From: a virus
Lineage: Duplodnaviria > Caudoviricetes
Length of the DNA stretch: 64,000 nt
Reading direction: 5' to 3' (one strand)
IMG/VR virus record: IMGVR_UViG_3300025679_000005
Part shown: one piece after another, positions 19,525 through 28,812 of the stretch
How the letters are laid out: each line of letters begins with the position of its first letter
Position numbering within the stretch: the first letter of the stretch is position 1
Made by a program: the position numbers and the translations under genes
The notes under the pieces: model-generated
Seen by the model: only the letters and a program-made list of their open reading frames with translations
The model's database searches: none
What the model was told of the DNA's origin: nothing

Positions 19525-20283
19525 TCAGTCCGGAATCGGTATGTGGGGTTCCATGTAACGAGTCTTGGCCTGAACCTGAACGAAGTCCACGGAGGGGCTG
19601 TCACTCACTATCAGAGCGGTCAGACGCCCACCGTAAACAACACCCGTGTCGATGCCGTAGCAGGTCACACCTTGAGGTCTGACATCGATGCGGGGTGTAG
19701 ACAGGCTGTGAGCTTCGTGGCCATAGACTACATTGTAGGGCCCGTCGTACACTTCCGCCCAATGTGACGCGCCCACAGGTTGGGACAGGTCAGAGTAGTC
19801 CAGAGGGATGTACCCTCCTTCAGCATTGACCCACCTCAGCCGCATGATCTTGTCCTCTGGTTGTCTCCTTAACGGGATCCTTGGCATCAAGCCACCATGG
19901 ACTGCAACCCAATCAAACCTAGGTTTCAGTACAACTGGCAAAGTCTTGATCCATTCCAGATTTCGTGAACCTAGGCTCAAGTTCGCTTGTTCATCTTGGG
20001 GGCTGAAAGGCCGTGTCATAGGATTAATGTAAGCTGAGTCAGCCTGGCTTCGCTCCCAATGACGACGCCATCGAAGGTGGCGCTCCTCATGATTCCCGAG
20101 AATACTCATCAGTCCGTTCACTCTAGCGAACTCGACACAAGCAGCAGGCGACGGCCCCTTGTCCATGAAGTCGCCCAAGCAGATGACCGTGTCGGACTCT
20201 TTCACACAGAGCTTTACGTAAAGCTCTGTGAACTCCTGGATACACCCGTGGATGTCCCCGATGTAGATCGTACGGCCTGACAT
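19525..20283 (-). CDS. metallophosphoesterase (PrpE/ApaH-like)
   Basis: GDIHG, GDFMDKG, GNHE, VHGG, YGH, IDTG. Confidence 0.9.
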   Translation of the reverse strand: MSGRTIYIGDIHGCIQEFTELYVKLCVKESDTVICLGDFMDKGPSPAACVEFARVNGLMSILGNHEERHLRWRRHWERSQADSAYINPMTRPFSPQDEQANLSLGSRNLEWIKTLPVVLKPRFDWVAVHGGLMPRIPLRRQPEDKIMRLRWVNAEGGYIPLDYSDLSQPVGASHWAEVYDGPYNVVYGHEAHSLSTPRIDVRPQGVTCYGIDTGVVYGGRLTALIVSDSPSVDFVQVQAKTRYMEPHIPIPD

Positions 20284-20314
20284 GATGGTTTCTAACGGCA
20301 ACGGAGCAATAAAG

Positions 20315-20572
20315 TTAAGGGTTTCGTTCCCCAACAGCTTGCTTGAGGATCCGGTACACGAGGTCCCATTGACCTCGGACGCGGGGATTGTGGCCAGTGA
20401 TCTGGCCTTTCTTCCAGGTACCTTTATCACCTTTTTTGGTGATGTCCCAGTCATACCCTCGATTCGAGAAGTTTTTTGACAGGGTTCGGCTAAGGGCGAC
20501 CTTCAAAGTGCCCAGGGAGTAGGCCTTGGTCTTGTCGCCCTTGGGCCACATCTGGATCTGGATAACCAACAT
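20315..20572 (-). CDS. hypothetical protein
   Basis: 85 aa, coupled to upstream stop. Confidence 0.55.
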   Translation of the reverse strand: MLVIQIQMWPKGDKTKAYSLGTLKVALSRTLSKNFSNRGYDWDITKKGDKGTWKKGQITGHNPRVRGQWDLVYRILKQAVGERNP

Positions 20573-21393
20573 CAGAGGGTGAGGCTCTTCTTCCAGCTAT
20601 CCAGGAAAGAACGGATGGCCTTCTGCCCCTCAATGTTTTCTGAGTGGATGGCATACTCCGGAACCGGACCATTGGGGAACTTCTCCGCAAGCCACTTGAG
20701 GAACACCATCGCCGTGTCCTCACCACCCAGGTCGTGGTCCAGGTCCATCACAGCGGGCAAGCCCTTAGACACAATCAGGAGGCTGGCCTCGGTCGTGGAC
20801 TTGGCTCCGATGTACCCCTCTGGTACCGCTCGACGGGGAACCTCATCCAATTGGTCGTCTAGCCAGAGCTTCCAAGGGAGCTTGAAGGTCTTGGCTCCAA
20901 CGACGCAGAGAGCGCCCAGGCCTCCTAGACCTAGGAAGCTGACAAGACTGCACACCGGGAAGGCCTGCGGCGATACAACCATGATCGCGACCGGCAGCAT
21001 GAACACCAAATGCACGATTTGGTCGATGGCTATGAGCAAGATCTTGCCAAGGGTCGACTCAGCGAAGACCACGAAGTCCGTGAGATTATTCATCGGGCCC
21101 GGCTTCCGGATATACTTCGCCCAGACGAACACGGGAATGTAAGTGTCCTCCATGAAGTGGCTCAGCCAGAGGATGACCGCGGACATGCCGATGACGTACC
21201 AGGCCGGATTCACGAGCATCAACGAAGCACAGCAGATGACCGTGTAGATCAGGCAGTGTCGTGCTCGAACCCAATGGTTCTTCGGTTTCGCCATTGCCTC
21301 CGCATGGGATTGGAAGACCCAGTCAGCTACGAAATGGATCAGAACGAGAAGGGCGAAGATCCCGCCAATTTTTGCAACCACGTCAATGGACAT
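20572..21393 (-). CDS. DUF3307-like membrane domain fused to cyclic-phosphate-processing Receiver domain
   Basis: HFVADWVFQ...SHFMED...DQIVH then LWLDD...DLDHDLG...IHSEN. Confidence 0.75.
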   Translation of the reverse strand: MSIDVVAKIGGIFALLVLIHFVADWVFQSHAEAMAKPKNHWVRARHCLIYTVICCASLMLVNPAWYVIGMSAVILWLSHFMEDTYIPVFVWAKYIRKPGPMNNLTDFVVFAESTLGKILLIAIDQIVHLVFMLPVAIMVVSPQAFPVCSLVSFLGLGGLGALCVVGAKTFKLPWKLWLDDQLDEVPRRAVPEGYIGAKSTTEASLLIVSKGLPAVMDLDHDLGGEDTAMVFLKWLAEKFPNGPVPEYAIHSENIEGQKAIRSFLDSWKKSLTL

Positions 21394-21412
21394 GGCTGGA
21401 TACTACACCATT

Positions 21413-21865
21413 TCAGTCGATGCGAATGTCCACCACTCCCGTAAGGGTCGGACCTCGAACTAGGGTGACCTTACGGGTTCGGCTCAGCAGCTCGTTGGAA
21501 TACACCGGGTTCACGCCAGGGGCAACGGCAATAGTTACGTGAGGATGGGTGTTGTGGGAGTAAACGTTGGGACGGACCAATACTGCCTGACCATGTTGAT
21601 CTGAGGCGTAGCCGATGACCACCATATTGGCGGAGGCACCCACATCAATCTGGAGGATTTCGTCCTCGTTCGGGTCGTACTTGATGGTCATGTGATGGGC
21701 AAGCACATGAGCGTGGAAGGGGATCCCTAGAGTGATCTCCCACCATTCGAGGAGCTTCTCCTGAGCGTCCTCGTCCAGAAAGACCGCTGCGTAGGGTCGA
21801 TCGTCTTTATTTGTGGGCAGCACAGGTGACGGGGTCCAATGCCCTGGCCGGCTCAATGCCGTCAC
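21413..21865 (-). CDS. 2H phosphoesterase (tRNA ligase phosphodiesterase-like)
   Basis: Two HxT motifs: HHMTI and PHVTI. Confidence 0.75.
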   Translation of the reverse strand: MTALSRPGHWTPSPVLPTNKDDRPYAAVFLDEDAQEKLLEWWEITLGIPFHAHVLAHHMTIKYDPNEDEILQIDVGASANMVVIGYASDQHGQAVLVRPNVYSHNTHPHVTIAVAPGVNPVYSNELLSRTRKVTLVRGPTLTGVVDIRID

Positions 21866-22139
21866 AGGAGGTTACTGCCAGGACACACTTGGGACTCATG
21901 TTGACATATTTGTCCTGCATCTCCGTGCAGAACATCGTGCAAGTCTCATTGGGCACGTCAGGAGGTCCGGGCAGGTCATTGTTGTACAACGCCTCGGCTT
22001 CAGGGCATTTTAGGTCAGCCAAGTGGGCACACATCTTGGGGCATAGGTCGGAATTTGGGGGAGGAAAACCGGCTGTTGGTTGCTCAGCACAGGCTACGGC
22101 CAACCAAAGACCTAGGATAAGGGAGACGTGCTTGATCAT
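21807..22139 (-). CDS. Cys-rich putative lipoprotein
   Basis: Signal peptide with LAVAC lipobox, 8 further Cys. Confidence 0.6.
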   Translation of the reverse strand: MIKHVSLILGLWLAVACAEQPTAGFPPPNSDLCPKMCAHLADLKCPEAEALYNNDLPGPPDVPNETCTMFCTEMQDKYVNMSPKCVLAVTSCDGIEPARALDPVTCAAHK

Positions 22140-22201
22140 GGGTACCTATTCGAGGGGACTCATCGGTAGAATCGTGATTCTTCTTTTCCCACCGTAGACA
22201 T

Positions 22202-22993
22202 ATGGCACACGTCTACGGCTACCGCCCAGACCCCGTAAAAGCGGACGGGGAGTCCTCTGCCAACAACTTTTCCCTTCAGTTAGCCCCCAAACTAACCCAG
22301 GTGACGGCAGGAGACCCTGATCTCAGGCCTTTCTGCACAGTTACCAACCAGTACGACTTGGAGTCTTGCACTGGCAACGCCACTGCCGACTCAGTAGAAG
22401 TCCTGAATGCTATCCAGGGGTTGTCCCCGGTTCAGCTCTCCCGAATGTTCGTCTGGACTCTGGCCAGGAACATGGACGGGAACCTCTCCAAGAACGAGGG
22501 GACCCACATCCGGAATTGCTTCCAAGTGTTGGCCAGCTTCGGGATCTGTCGGGAGGACCTTGCCAGCGGTCAGGGAGGCTGGCCCTATGATTCCGCCAAG
22601 GTAGGGTTCCTACCTGATGTGATGTCTATGCGGGCTGCCACCGGGCATCGAATCCACAGTTATTACCGCATAGTTGAAACTGGTCAGGCTCGTATTGACA
22701 AGATGCTGGAGGCCCTCCGAGCCCACCATCCAGTGGTTTTCGGAACCCAGGTCGACGATGTCTTCGAGGGGATCTCGGACATGACCCCTTGGAAACGGCC
22801 TGCTGGTGCCGTCAAGGGTGGTCATGCGATGATGGTCGTTGGGTACATCACGGGCAAGGGCTTCATCGTGAAGAACTCCTGGGGTCCGGACTGGGGCGAG
22901 AATGGCTTCTGCATCATGGCGGAAGAGGTCTTCACCTGGAACATGACCGAGGACATCTGGGTCCCGACCAACGGCATGAACTTCAAGGCTTAA
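22202..22993 (+). CDS. papain-like (C1) cysteine peptidase
   Basis: Q...SCTGNA, GGHAM, KNSWG..WG..G. Confidence 0.9.
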   Translation: MAHVYGYRPDPVKADGESSANNFSLQLAPKLTQVTAGDPDLRPFCTVTNQYDLESCTGNATADSVEVLNAIQGLSPVQLSRMFVWTLARNMDGNLSKNEGTHIRNCFQVLASFGICREDLASGQGGWPYDSAKVGFLPDVMSMRAATGHRIHSYYRIVETGQARIDKMLEALRAHHPVVFGTQVDDVFEGISDMTPWKRPAGAVKGGHAMMVVGYITGKGFIVKNSWGPDWGENGFCIMAEEVFTWNMTEDIWVPTNGMNFKA

Positions 22994-23183
22994 GAGTATT
23001 CTAGTAGGAATTGGCGAGCCCAAGACAGCTTGTCTAACGCCCGTTGACCACTAGGTTGACTCCTTGTCCTGTTAGGTCTATTTTAGTAGACATATCTAAT
23101 GAATGGACACATAAAAGAATCCTCATTAGGTGTGCTCTGTTCCAAGTATGGCGAAATTATTGTCTTTTAGCTAACACCTAAGT

Positions 23184-24077
23184 ATGCCCAGTGGCCTAAC
23201 GTACCGTGTAGCAAGGCGCTACTTAGCCTCGTATTTCTCTGTGGGAGATACGGTCTTGTACGGACGCTGGAAGAACCACACCGGAAAAATCGTAGCCTTC
23301 TCCCAAGATCACTGGGGAAATCCGACAATAGAGGTCGAGCCAGTGCCAAAAGGCCGTAAAGGCAACAAAGTTTTTGGCCTGTTCAAGGTGTGGCGAGCGG
23401 ACGTAAAAGAGAACGCAATGAAGAAGCTACTCGAAAAGCAAGCGGGAGACACCATGAACAGCACCAAACGAGTCGTTGCACGATACATCAAACAGGCTGG
23501 CATCGAGGAAGGTCGTGTTTACGTCTCCGCTGAGGACAATGTCCGGATCCAGCGCTGGAGAGATCACTTTAGGGTTTGGGATCTGACCAATGCCGGCAAG
23601 CGTGGAAAATCCGTCGAAGGATTCGTCCTGAGTACCACCCACTACTACAAGGGTGACGCGGCGGCTTGGATGGACAACATGGGGAAGGTCTTGCCTGAGC
23701 AAGGGGACTACAACGCCATCGTGAGGCTGATCAAGGATGTCCAACACGACTATCCGAACGAAATCGAGATGTCGGAGTTCAAGGAAAAGGGGATCAACGT
23801 CCTACCCGCTTCTTCTGCGCCCATCCAGCTAGAGACGGACACAGGGATCCGGATCAAGGCTGACCCGCTGGATTTCTCAGTGGTCAACTCGGTCAAGCAC
23901 ATGGGCCCTAAAGGGAACTCCTTCAATCAGGACACATTGTTCTCCCCCAGGAACAAGAAGGACGCCCTCCTGTTCTATACTTGGCTAAAGACGAATCTGT
24001 CCAAGGTCAACAAGATGGACATGAACACATTGCGTGACACCTGGAGTTCTGAAGGCGTTCAGTACGATTACCACTGA
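23184..24077 (+). CDS. putative virion/late protein with RVARRY and KQAG motifs
   Basis: 297 aa; motif shared with several ORFs here. Confidence 0.6.
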   Translation: MPSGLTYRVARRYLASYFSVGDTVLYGRWKNHTGKIVAFSQDHWGNPTIEVEPVPKGRKGNKVFGLFKVWRADVKENAMKKLLEKQAGDTMNSTKRVVARYIKQAGIEEGRVYVSAEDNVRIQRWRDHFRVWDLTNAGKRGKSVEGFVLSTTHYYKGDAAAWMDNMGKVLPEQGDYNAIVRLIKDVQHDYPNEIEMSEFKEKGINVLPASSAPIQLETDTGIRIKADPLDFSVVNSVKHMGPKGNSFNQDTLFSPRNKKDALLFYTWLKTNLSKVNKMDMNTLRDTWSSEGVQYDYH

Positions 24078-24084
24078 GGAAATC

Positions 24085-24414
24085 GTGGCTTACTCCTACG
24101 ACCGCACAGCGGGAACCCGCCTGAAGCTGGGTCCAGCTCACCCTGAAGCCCAAGCTTCTGCCGGGCTCAAGAAAATGAAGCTGAAAGCCCGTAGCCAAGG
24201 CGATCTCCAAAGCGCTACGTTGGCTGCGGCTTATGTTGCTCAGAGAGTAGGCAAGACGTACTTCCTTTACCAAGGCAACTCGTTCGGGCATGCCGTCTGG
24301 CGTTCCGACTTCAACCCGTCGAACTATCTCGACCCGATCAACAACACAGGCGGATACGTTTACTCTATCACTCCCGAGCTTGATGTTACGCGCTACGACA
24401 TCATCCGCGATTGA
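24085..24414 (+). CDS. hypothetical protein
   Basis: GAGGA RBS; starts MAYSYDRTAG. Confidence 0.6.
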   Translation: MAYSYDRTAGTRLKLGPAHPEAQASAGLKKMKLKARSQGDLQSATLAAAYVAQRVGKTYFLYQGNSFGHAVWRSDFNPSNYLDPINNTGGYVYSITPELDVTRYDIIRD

Positions 24415-24436
24415 GCTGGTGTAGTAACGCCGGGCC

Positions 24437-25084
24437 ATGATTTTAAGCGGGCCGGAAATAGAGCGACAGGTAACGGGCGGCAACATTGAGATCACGCCGT
24501 GGGATCTCAAGAAGTCGAACCCCGCCAGCTTTGACCTGACCCTAGGCGGTCTCGGGGCCGTCTACTCGGAAGTGGTTGAGCACAGAGACCTGTCCGACCC
24601 CAGTGGTCGGAGCTTCTACCCGAAGGACGGGGTCTTGGACTCAGCCAAGGATAACCCTACCCTACAGTTCGAGCTGCCCAAGAGTGGCTTCGTATTGAAG
24701 CCAGGCATCGGCTATCTCCTCCACACTGAAGAGATCATCTGCGCTGAGGAGTTCGTGCCGGTACTTGACGGCAAAAGCAGTATCGGACGCCTTTTCACCA
24801 AAATCCACGAGACTGCTGGATACTTGGACCCGTCCTTCCGAGGGCAGGTCACCCTGGAGGTGACAGTTGTCCACGCTGTGTGGGTCTACCCGGGCATGCG
24901 CATTGGTCAGATTCGGTTCCACACGCTTGTAGGTGAATTGCGGCCCTACAACGGGAATTACACTGGGGACAGAGCGAAGGGCCCCGTGGGATCCCGCTGC
25001 TGGAAGCAGCTCGCTGAGGACGGGATTGAGACCCTTTCTATAGAACGCCTTGAGCGTGGGACTGACAAGTCGACTACTGGCTGA
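24437..25084 (+). CDS. dcd: dCTP deaminase
   Basis: NPASFDLTL, DGKSSIGR, AGYLDPSFRGQVTLE. Confidence 0.93.
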   Translation: MILSGPEIERQVTGGNIEITPWDLKKSNPASFDLTLGGLGAVYSEVVEHRDLSDPSGRSFYPKDGVLDSAKDNPTLQFELPKSGFVLKPGIGYLLHTEEIICAEEFVPVLDGKSSIGRLFTKIHETAGYLDPSFRGQVTLEVTVVHAVWVYPGMRIGQIRFHTLVGELRPYNGNYTGDRAKGPVGSRCWKQLAEDGIETLSIERLERGTDKSTTG

Positions 25085-25397
25085 GCTGGGAGCTACTCCC
25101 GAAAGGTTGGGGACTACCCACACTGTAGAAGCGCTGGATTCGCTGAAGGCTGAAGCCCGTCAGAAATTCAAAGCCCTAGCCTTTAAGTACCACCCTGACC
25201 GACATCCCGGCGATGATGGCTTGTTGTTTAGAGCATTGAATGAAGCCTTTAACTGGCTGCTCTCTTCGAAGGTGACTCCTCCGGTAATGATCACCACGAC
25301 TACCTACATGTGCCCTGCTCCTAGCTATTTTGATCGGCAGGTGTCTCCAAAAAGAGTATACGACGCCAGGCGGGTAGTTTCGATTCGGCCCACTTAA
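25050..25397 (+). CDS. J-domain (DnaJ-like) protein
   Basis: FKALAFKYHPDRHPG...LNEAF. Confidence 0.8.
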   Translation: MSVGLTSRLLAELGATPERLGTTHTVEALDSLKAEARQKFKALAFKYHPDRHPGDDGLLFRALNEAFNWLLSSKVTPPVMITTTTYMCPAPSYFDRQVSPKRVYDARRVVSIRPT

Positions 25398-25430
25398 CTT
25401 TCGACCTCGGGATCCGTTCTATCAATCATC

Positions 25431-25622
25431 ATGAAGACCGAAGCCAAAACATTCGTTGATTTCAGTGCTTCCGGAAACCCTTCCGAGGTGACTGCAATGA
25501 ATGATAGCTTCGTCCGCAAGTGCGAGCTTTCCAAAGAGCAACAAGCACTACATAACTTCGGCCTCATCGGGTTTGACGCCTACCGTGCTTGGATTCTTGA
25601 GAATCAACTACCGTTGAGCTGA
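25431..25622 (+). CDS. hypothetical protein
   Basis: 63 aa ORF. Confidence 0.45.
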   Translation: MKTEAKTFVDFSASGNPSEVTAMNDSFVRKCELSKEQQALHNFGLIGFDAYRAWILENQLPLS

Positions 25623-25666
25623 AAAGGTCTCGACTTTGCTCAGCAAAGTGCCTATGCTCCGCGCCG

Positions 25667-26092
25667 ATGCTCACACAGAATCAAAGTTTCGAAGAGAAGA
25701 TTGGGGTCCGCCTTCCGGACGGTACTCGCCACATGGCGGTTGTTAAGGTCGGCGCCTTAGACAGCGACGAAGACGTGCTGAAGCGGATCTCCACGAGAGT
25801 GGGTACGCTGTTCAACGTCACCGGCACCAAATATTTGGTGACCTGTCAAGATCCGTTCCGACTGGAAAAAGTAGTGGGCGACGTTTGGGCCCTACCCAAG
25901 GTCGAAAAGGCTGTTTCAGCTGTCGTGGCTCAAACAACTTCCGGCCCCCAGGTCGGGGAAACTTGGCGTCCGAAGGACCCACGTCGTAAAGCGTCTTTTA
26001 TTGTACTTGCTGTTGAAGAGGGTCACGTCGTCACTGATGACGGTCGGCGCATTCAACTGACAAGGTTCAAACGCTATGAGCGAGTCGGATAA
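25667..26092 (+). CDS. hypothetical protein
   Basis: 141 aa ORF. Confidence 0.55.
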   Translation: MLTQNQSFEEKIGVRLPDGTRHMAVVKVGALDSDEDVLKRISTRVGTLFNVTGTKYLVTCQDPFRLEKVVGDVWALPKVEKAVSAVVAQTTSGPQVGETWRPKDPRRKASFIVLAVEEGHVVTDDGRRIQLTRFKRYERVG

Positions 26093-26258
26093 GCCAGTCG
26101 TAATACGATGCCCCAAACACGATGTGAAGGCAGATCTACACCAAGAGGCTGACCTCGACGCCTTCGTTGACACCCACCGTTGGTGCGGCGGCCTTGAGAT
26201 GTACGAGGGTGAAGCCCTCACGGGAACGTTCGACCCTCCAGAGGACTGGATGAACTAG
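26076..26258 (+). CDS. hypothetical protein
   Basis: 60 aa, overlaps upstream stop. Confidence 0.45.
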   Translation: MSESDKPVVIRCPKHDVKADLHQEADLDAFVDTHRWCGGLEMYEGEALTGTFDPPEDWMN

Positions 26259-26454
26259 GCCTTCTCTTTGATGGCCTTCTTGTCGTTGGTGCGACGTACC
26301 TTCTTCGAGGTCTTCTTTGCCTCGGCACGCCTGCACCAACGGCTGGTGTCGCCCTTCATCTCAGCTTTCATCTTCGTGTAGGCCATGGTCCCTCATAACG
26401 GATGGCGGATAGAGAAGTTAAGTACGCCGCTGAGTGCCTGGTGTAAATGGGGTC

Positions 26455-26640
26455 ATGACCGAAGCCTTCCTTACTGCCATTGGAGCTTCGGTCTTCTTGT
26501 TGCTGGGCATCACCATCGGCTGGTTAGCCGGTAAGCGCCAAGGTCAACGAGAGTTAGACCTATTCCGTGAGGGTCTGGGTGGAAGCGTCCGTGGCGGGCC
26601 CTGCTGGCTCCGTACGCAGCTCCCGCCACACGACCCTTGA
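26455..26640 (+). CDS. small membrane protein
   Basis: One TM segment; GGTGTA motif 9 nt upstream. Confidence 0.5.
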   Translation: MTEAFLTAIGASVFLLLGITIGWLAGKRQGQRELDLFREGLGGSVRGGPCWLRTQLPPHDP

Positions 26641-26649
26641 GGTAATGTC

Positions 26650-26847
26650 ATGGGACCAGCTGAACGCCTCCTACGCAAGACCAGAGTCACTCGCAAGAGT
26701 TTGACGGCAGCCTACTCCGACAAGGTGGCCGGTCCGCTTTTGATCGGTGCCCGTCTCACGTTGAAGATCCCGTTCTCGAAGTTCGATCAGTTCTTCGCGG
26801 AGATCATCTCCGAAGCCGTCGAAGCAGCTTCGGCCTTGAAGCTCTAG
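26650..26847 (+). CDS. hypothetical protein
   Basis: 65 aa ORF. Confidence 0.5.
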   Translation: MGPAERLLRKTRVTRKSLTAAYSDKVAGPLLIGARLTLKIPFSKFDQFFAEIISEAVEAASALKL

Positions 26848-27164
26848 ACGACAGGGGTTCGGGGCGACACAGCGGGGGAGAGCCTACGAGGCGCTGTGGC
26901 TGGCTTCTTGATGGCGACCCACGCTGGGGCAACCTCGGCGGCCTCGACGCTCAGGAGCTGCTTGTGAGGCGACAGAGAGGCATCGAAGCCTACTGCTGTA
27001 ACTCGGAAGCGGCCGTTCACGTCGAGCACTTCGTACCGACCACCATTCTTGCGCTCCAAACAAAACCTCAGAGCAACGAGGTCTCCGTTCCTGAGAGGCC
27101 CCGGTAGGTCGAGCTTCACTTTTGGCTCTCCTGAAACATCAGCTATTTTTAGCACACTGAGCAT
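26844..27164 (-). CDS. hypothetical protein
   Basis: 106 aa ORF. Confidence 0.55.
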   Translation of the reverse strand: MLSVLKIADVSGEPKVKLDLPGPLRNGDLVALRFCLERKNGGRYEVLDVNGRFRVTAVGFDASLSPHKQLLSVEAAEVAPAWVAIKKPATAPRRLSPAVSPRTPVV

Positions 27165-27899
27165 TTTGTCTCTCCTGTCTCACAAAGAGCTTGGCATCCT
27201 CGCCCCATTTGGTGTACCACTGAAGGTTCCGGCTCGCTAGCCAGTGAGTTGGAACTGTCACAGACCACGGTTACTAGGTTCCGTGTCCTTTCGAGGGCAG
27301 GATCAGCTTACTCCGAAGTTGAACAATCCTGTGAAAATAAAAACCAACTGCTCAGACCTTCTCTCCGATGGAGAAGGATCGCTCGTTCTAGGAACCCGCC
27401 TACGTTGCACTGAGTCAAAGCAACGAGGTCTCCTAGCTAGGTACTCCTTGAGGTCTTGGATGACCCAAGGGCTTCCGACAGCTAAGTAGAAGAATAGCCA
27501 GTGATGATCCAGAACACTTCCCAGAGCATCCACTCCCTGACCTTCTCAGGTAGTGTTCTCTCTACGTGTTCCATTCCCTGTCTACTAGATCAAGATCTCT
27601 CTTTCTATCTTCTTGATCTTACTATCTCTTCGAAGTCTGAGAACCCTCTACAAACAGCATCAGTATCGATAGTCGTACAGGAATACCAAGTAGTCATGCA
27701 TCAAGGAATAGTTCAGTAGCAGGTAGAGTAGTAGCGGTAGCAGACAGCTCAAATGGACTCTGTCAGAGTAGGTCAGATAATGTCATACCTCACGGGTAGT
27801 TAGGCTGGACAGCCGGACTATTGTCAGGTAAGGATGAGATACTCACTCCGAGTTGCTCAAGTCCTAGTTCTGAGGCGGGACTCGTAGGGAGTCTGCCTG

Positions 27900-28060
27900 A
27901 TGAAAGCCAGAGACCTCATTGCTCAGAGTTCTCCTGAGGCAGCTATTGCTAGGAAGACCTCGTGGAGAAGCGCGAAGCGCTATCCTCAGCAGATCAAGCG
28001 GCTCTGGATAACTTCGTTGAAGCTCTTCCTGCCCCTATAAAAGTGAACCTACCTCGATGA
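27900..28060 (+). pseudogene. small ORF with apparent 1-nt deletion
   Basis: MKARDLIAQSSPEAAIA continues in another frame as EDLVEKREALSS...VNLPR. Confidence 0.35.
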
Positions 28061-28062
28061 TT

Positions 28063-28623
28063 TCATCTGAAGAAGGATGCCGTATACGCCCACTGTACGA
28101 CCGTATTACTATCGGTTTGGCATTGGGTGCCGAGCTGAACCGAACGGCGGAAGAGCCTACGGGCTTCGTCCGTATCGTTCACGGCCAGCGCTTCGATAGC
28201 TGCTTGCCACGGGTCAAGGCTCATCCACTGAAGGGCGCCACCAAACTCCACGGCGTGAGCGGGGGCTTTTTGCAACAGTGCCCAAGGGCTCAGGCCGGCC
28301 GCCCACTCCATCCACGCCGAGGCAAGTATGCCGAAGCGTTTTCGAACGGTGGGGGATTGGACGACCTCAACCTTTTGGCAGGTGAAGGGTACACCCAAAA
28401 TCTTTGCGAGGGCGCAACGAATGGTCACATCTTCCACCGCTGTGCCTCGGCTGCGCGAATGCAGCCTGTCGACTTCCGCCAGAACTTCGTTTCGAAGTTC
28501 GAGTCCCGGGTGATCCAAATACGTAAGCGCCAACGACAGGGCTTTGCGGCTCTGTGAGGTCTTACGGATCTTGTTGGAGAGTTCGGATGCGATCATTGGA
28601 TCAATCTGTTCGGAATTACACAT
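28063..28623 (-). CDS. hypothetical helical protein
   Basis: 186 aa ORF. Confidence 0.6.
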   Translation of the reverse strand: MCNSEQIDPMIASELSNKIRKTSQSRKALSLALTYLDHPGLELRNEVLAEVDRLHSRSRGTAVEDVTIRCALAKILGVPFTCQKVEVVQSPTVRKRFGILASAWMEWAAGLSPWALLQKAPAHAVEFGGALQWMSLDPWQAAIEALAVNDTDEARRLFRRSVQLGTQCQTDSNTVVQWAYTASFFR

Positions 28624-28812
28624 GAATATACACCGCAGAAGTTGACGGTCAAATGGCAGCGCTGATGGCTCGCGAAAGGTCTTATTTTCGCGAGTGCTCT
28701 TTCACTCTTGACTAGATCGCCTCAGCTCAATTATGAGGGAAGGCTCCCCAACTACGTCTTTTTCAAGGGACAATGTAGGTAGGGGTGCACGGGGCTTAAG
28801 TTACACGGACCC

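Noticed and set aside
27501-28040. Long frame interrupted only by TAG codons
   Set aside because: The translation does not look like a protein, and the TAGs come from GTAG-rich low-complexity sequence
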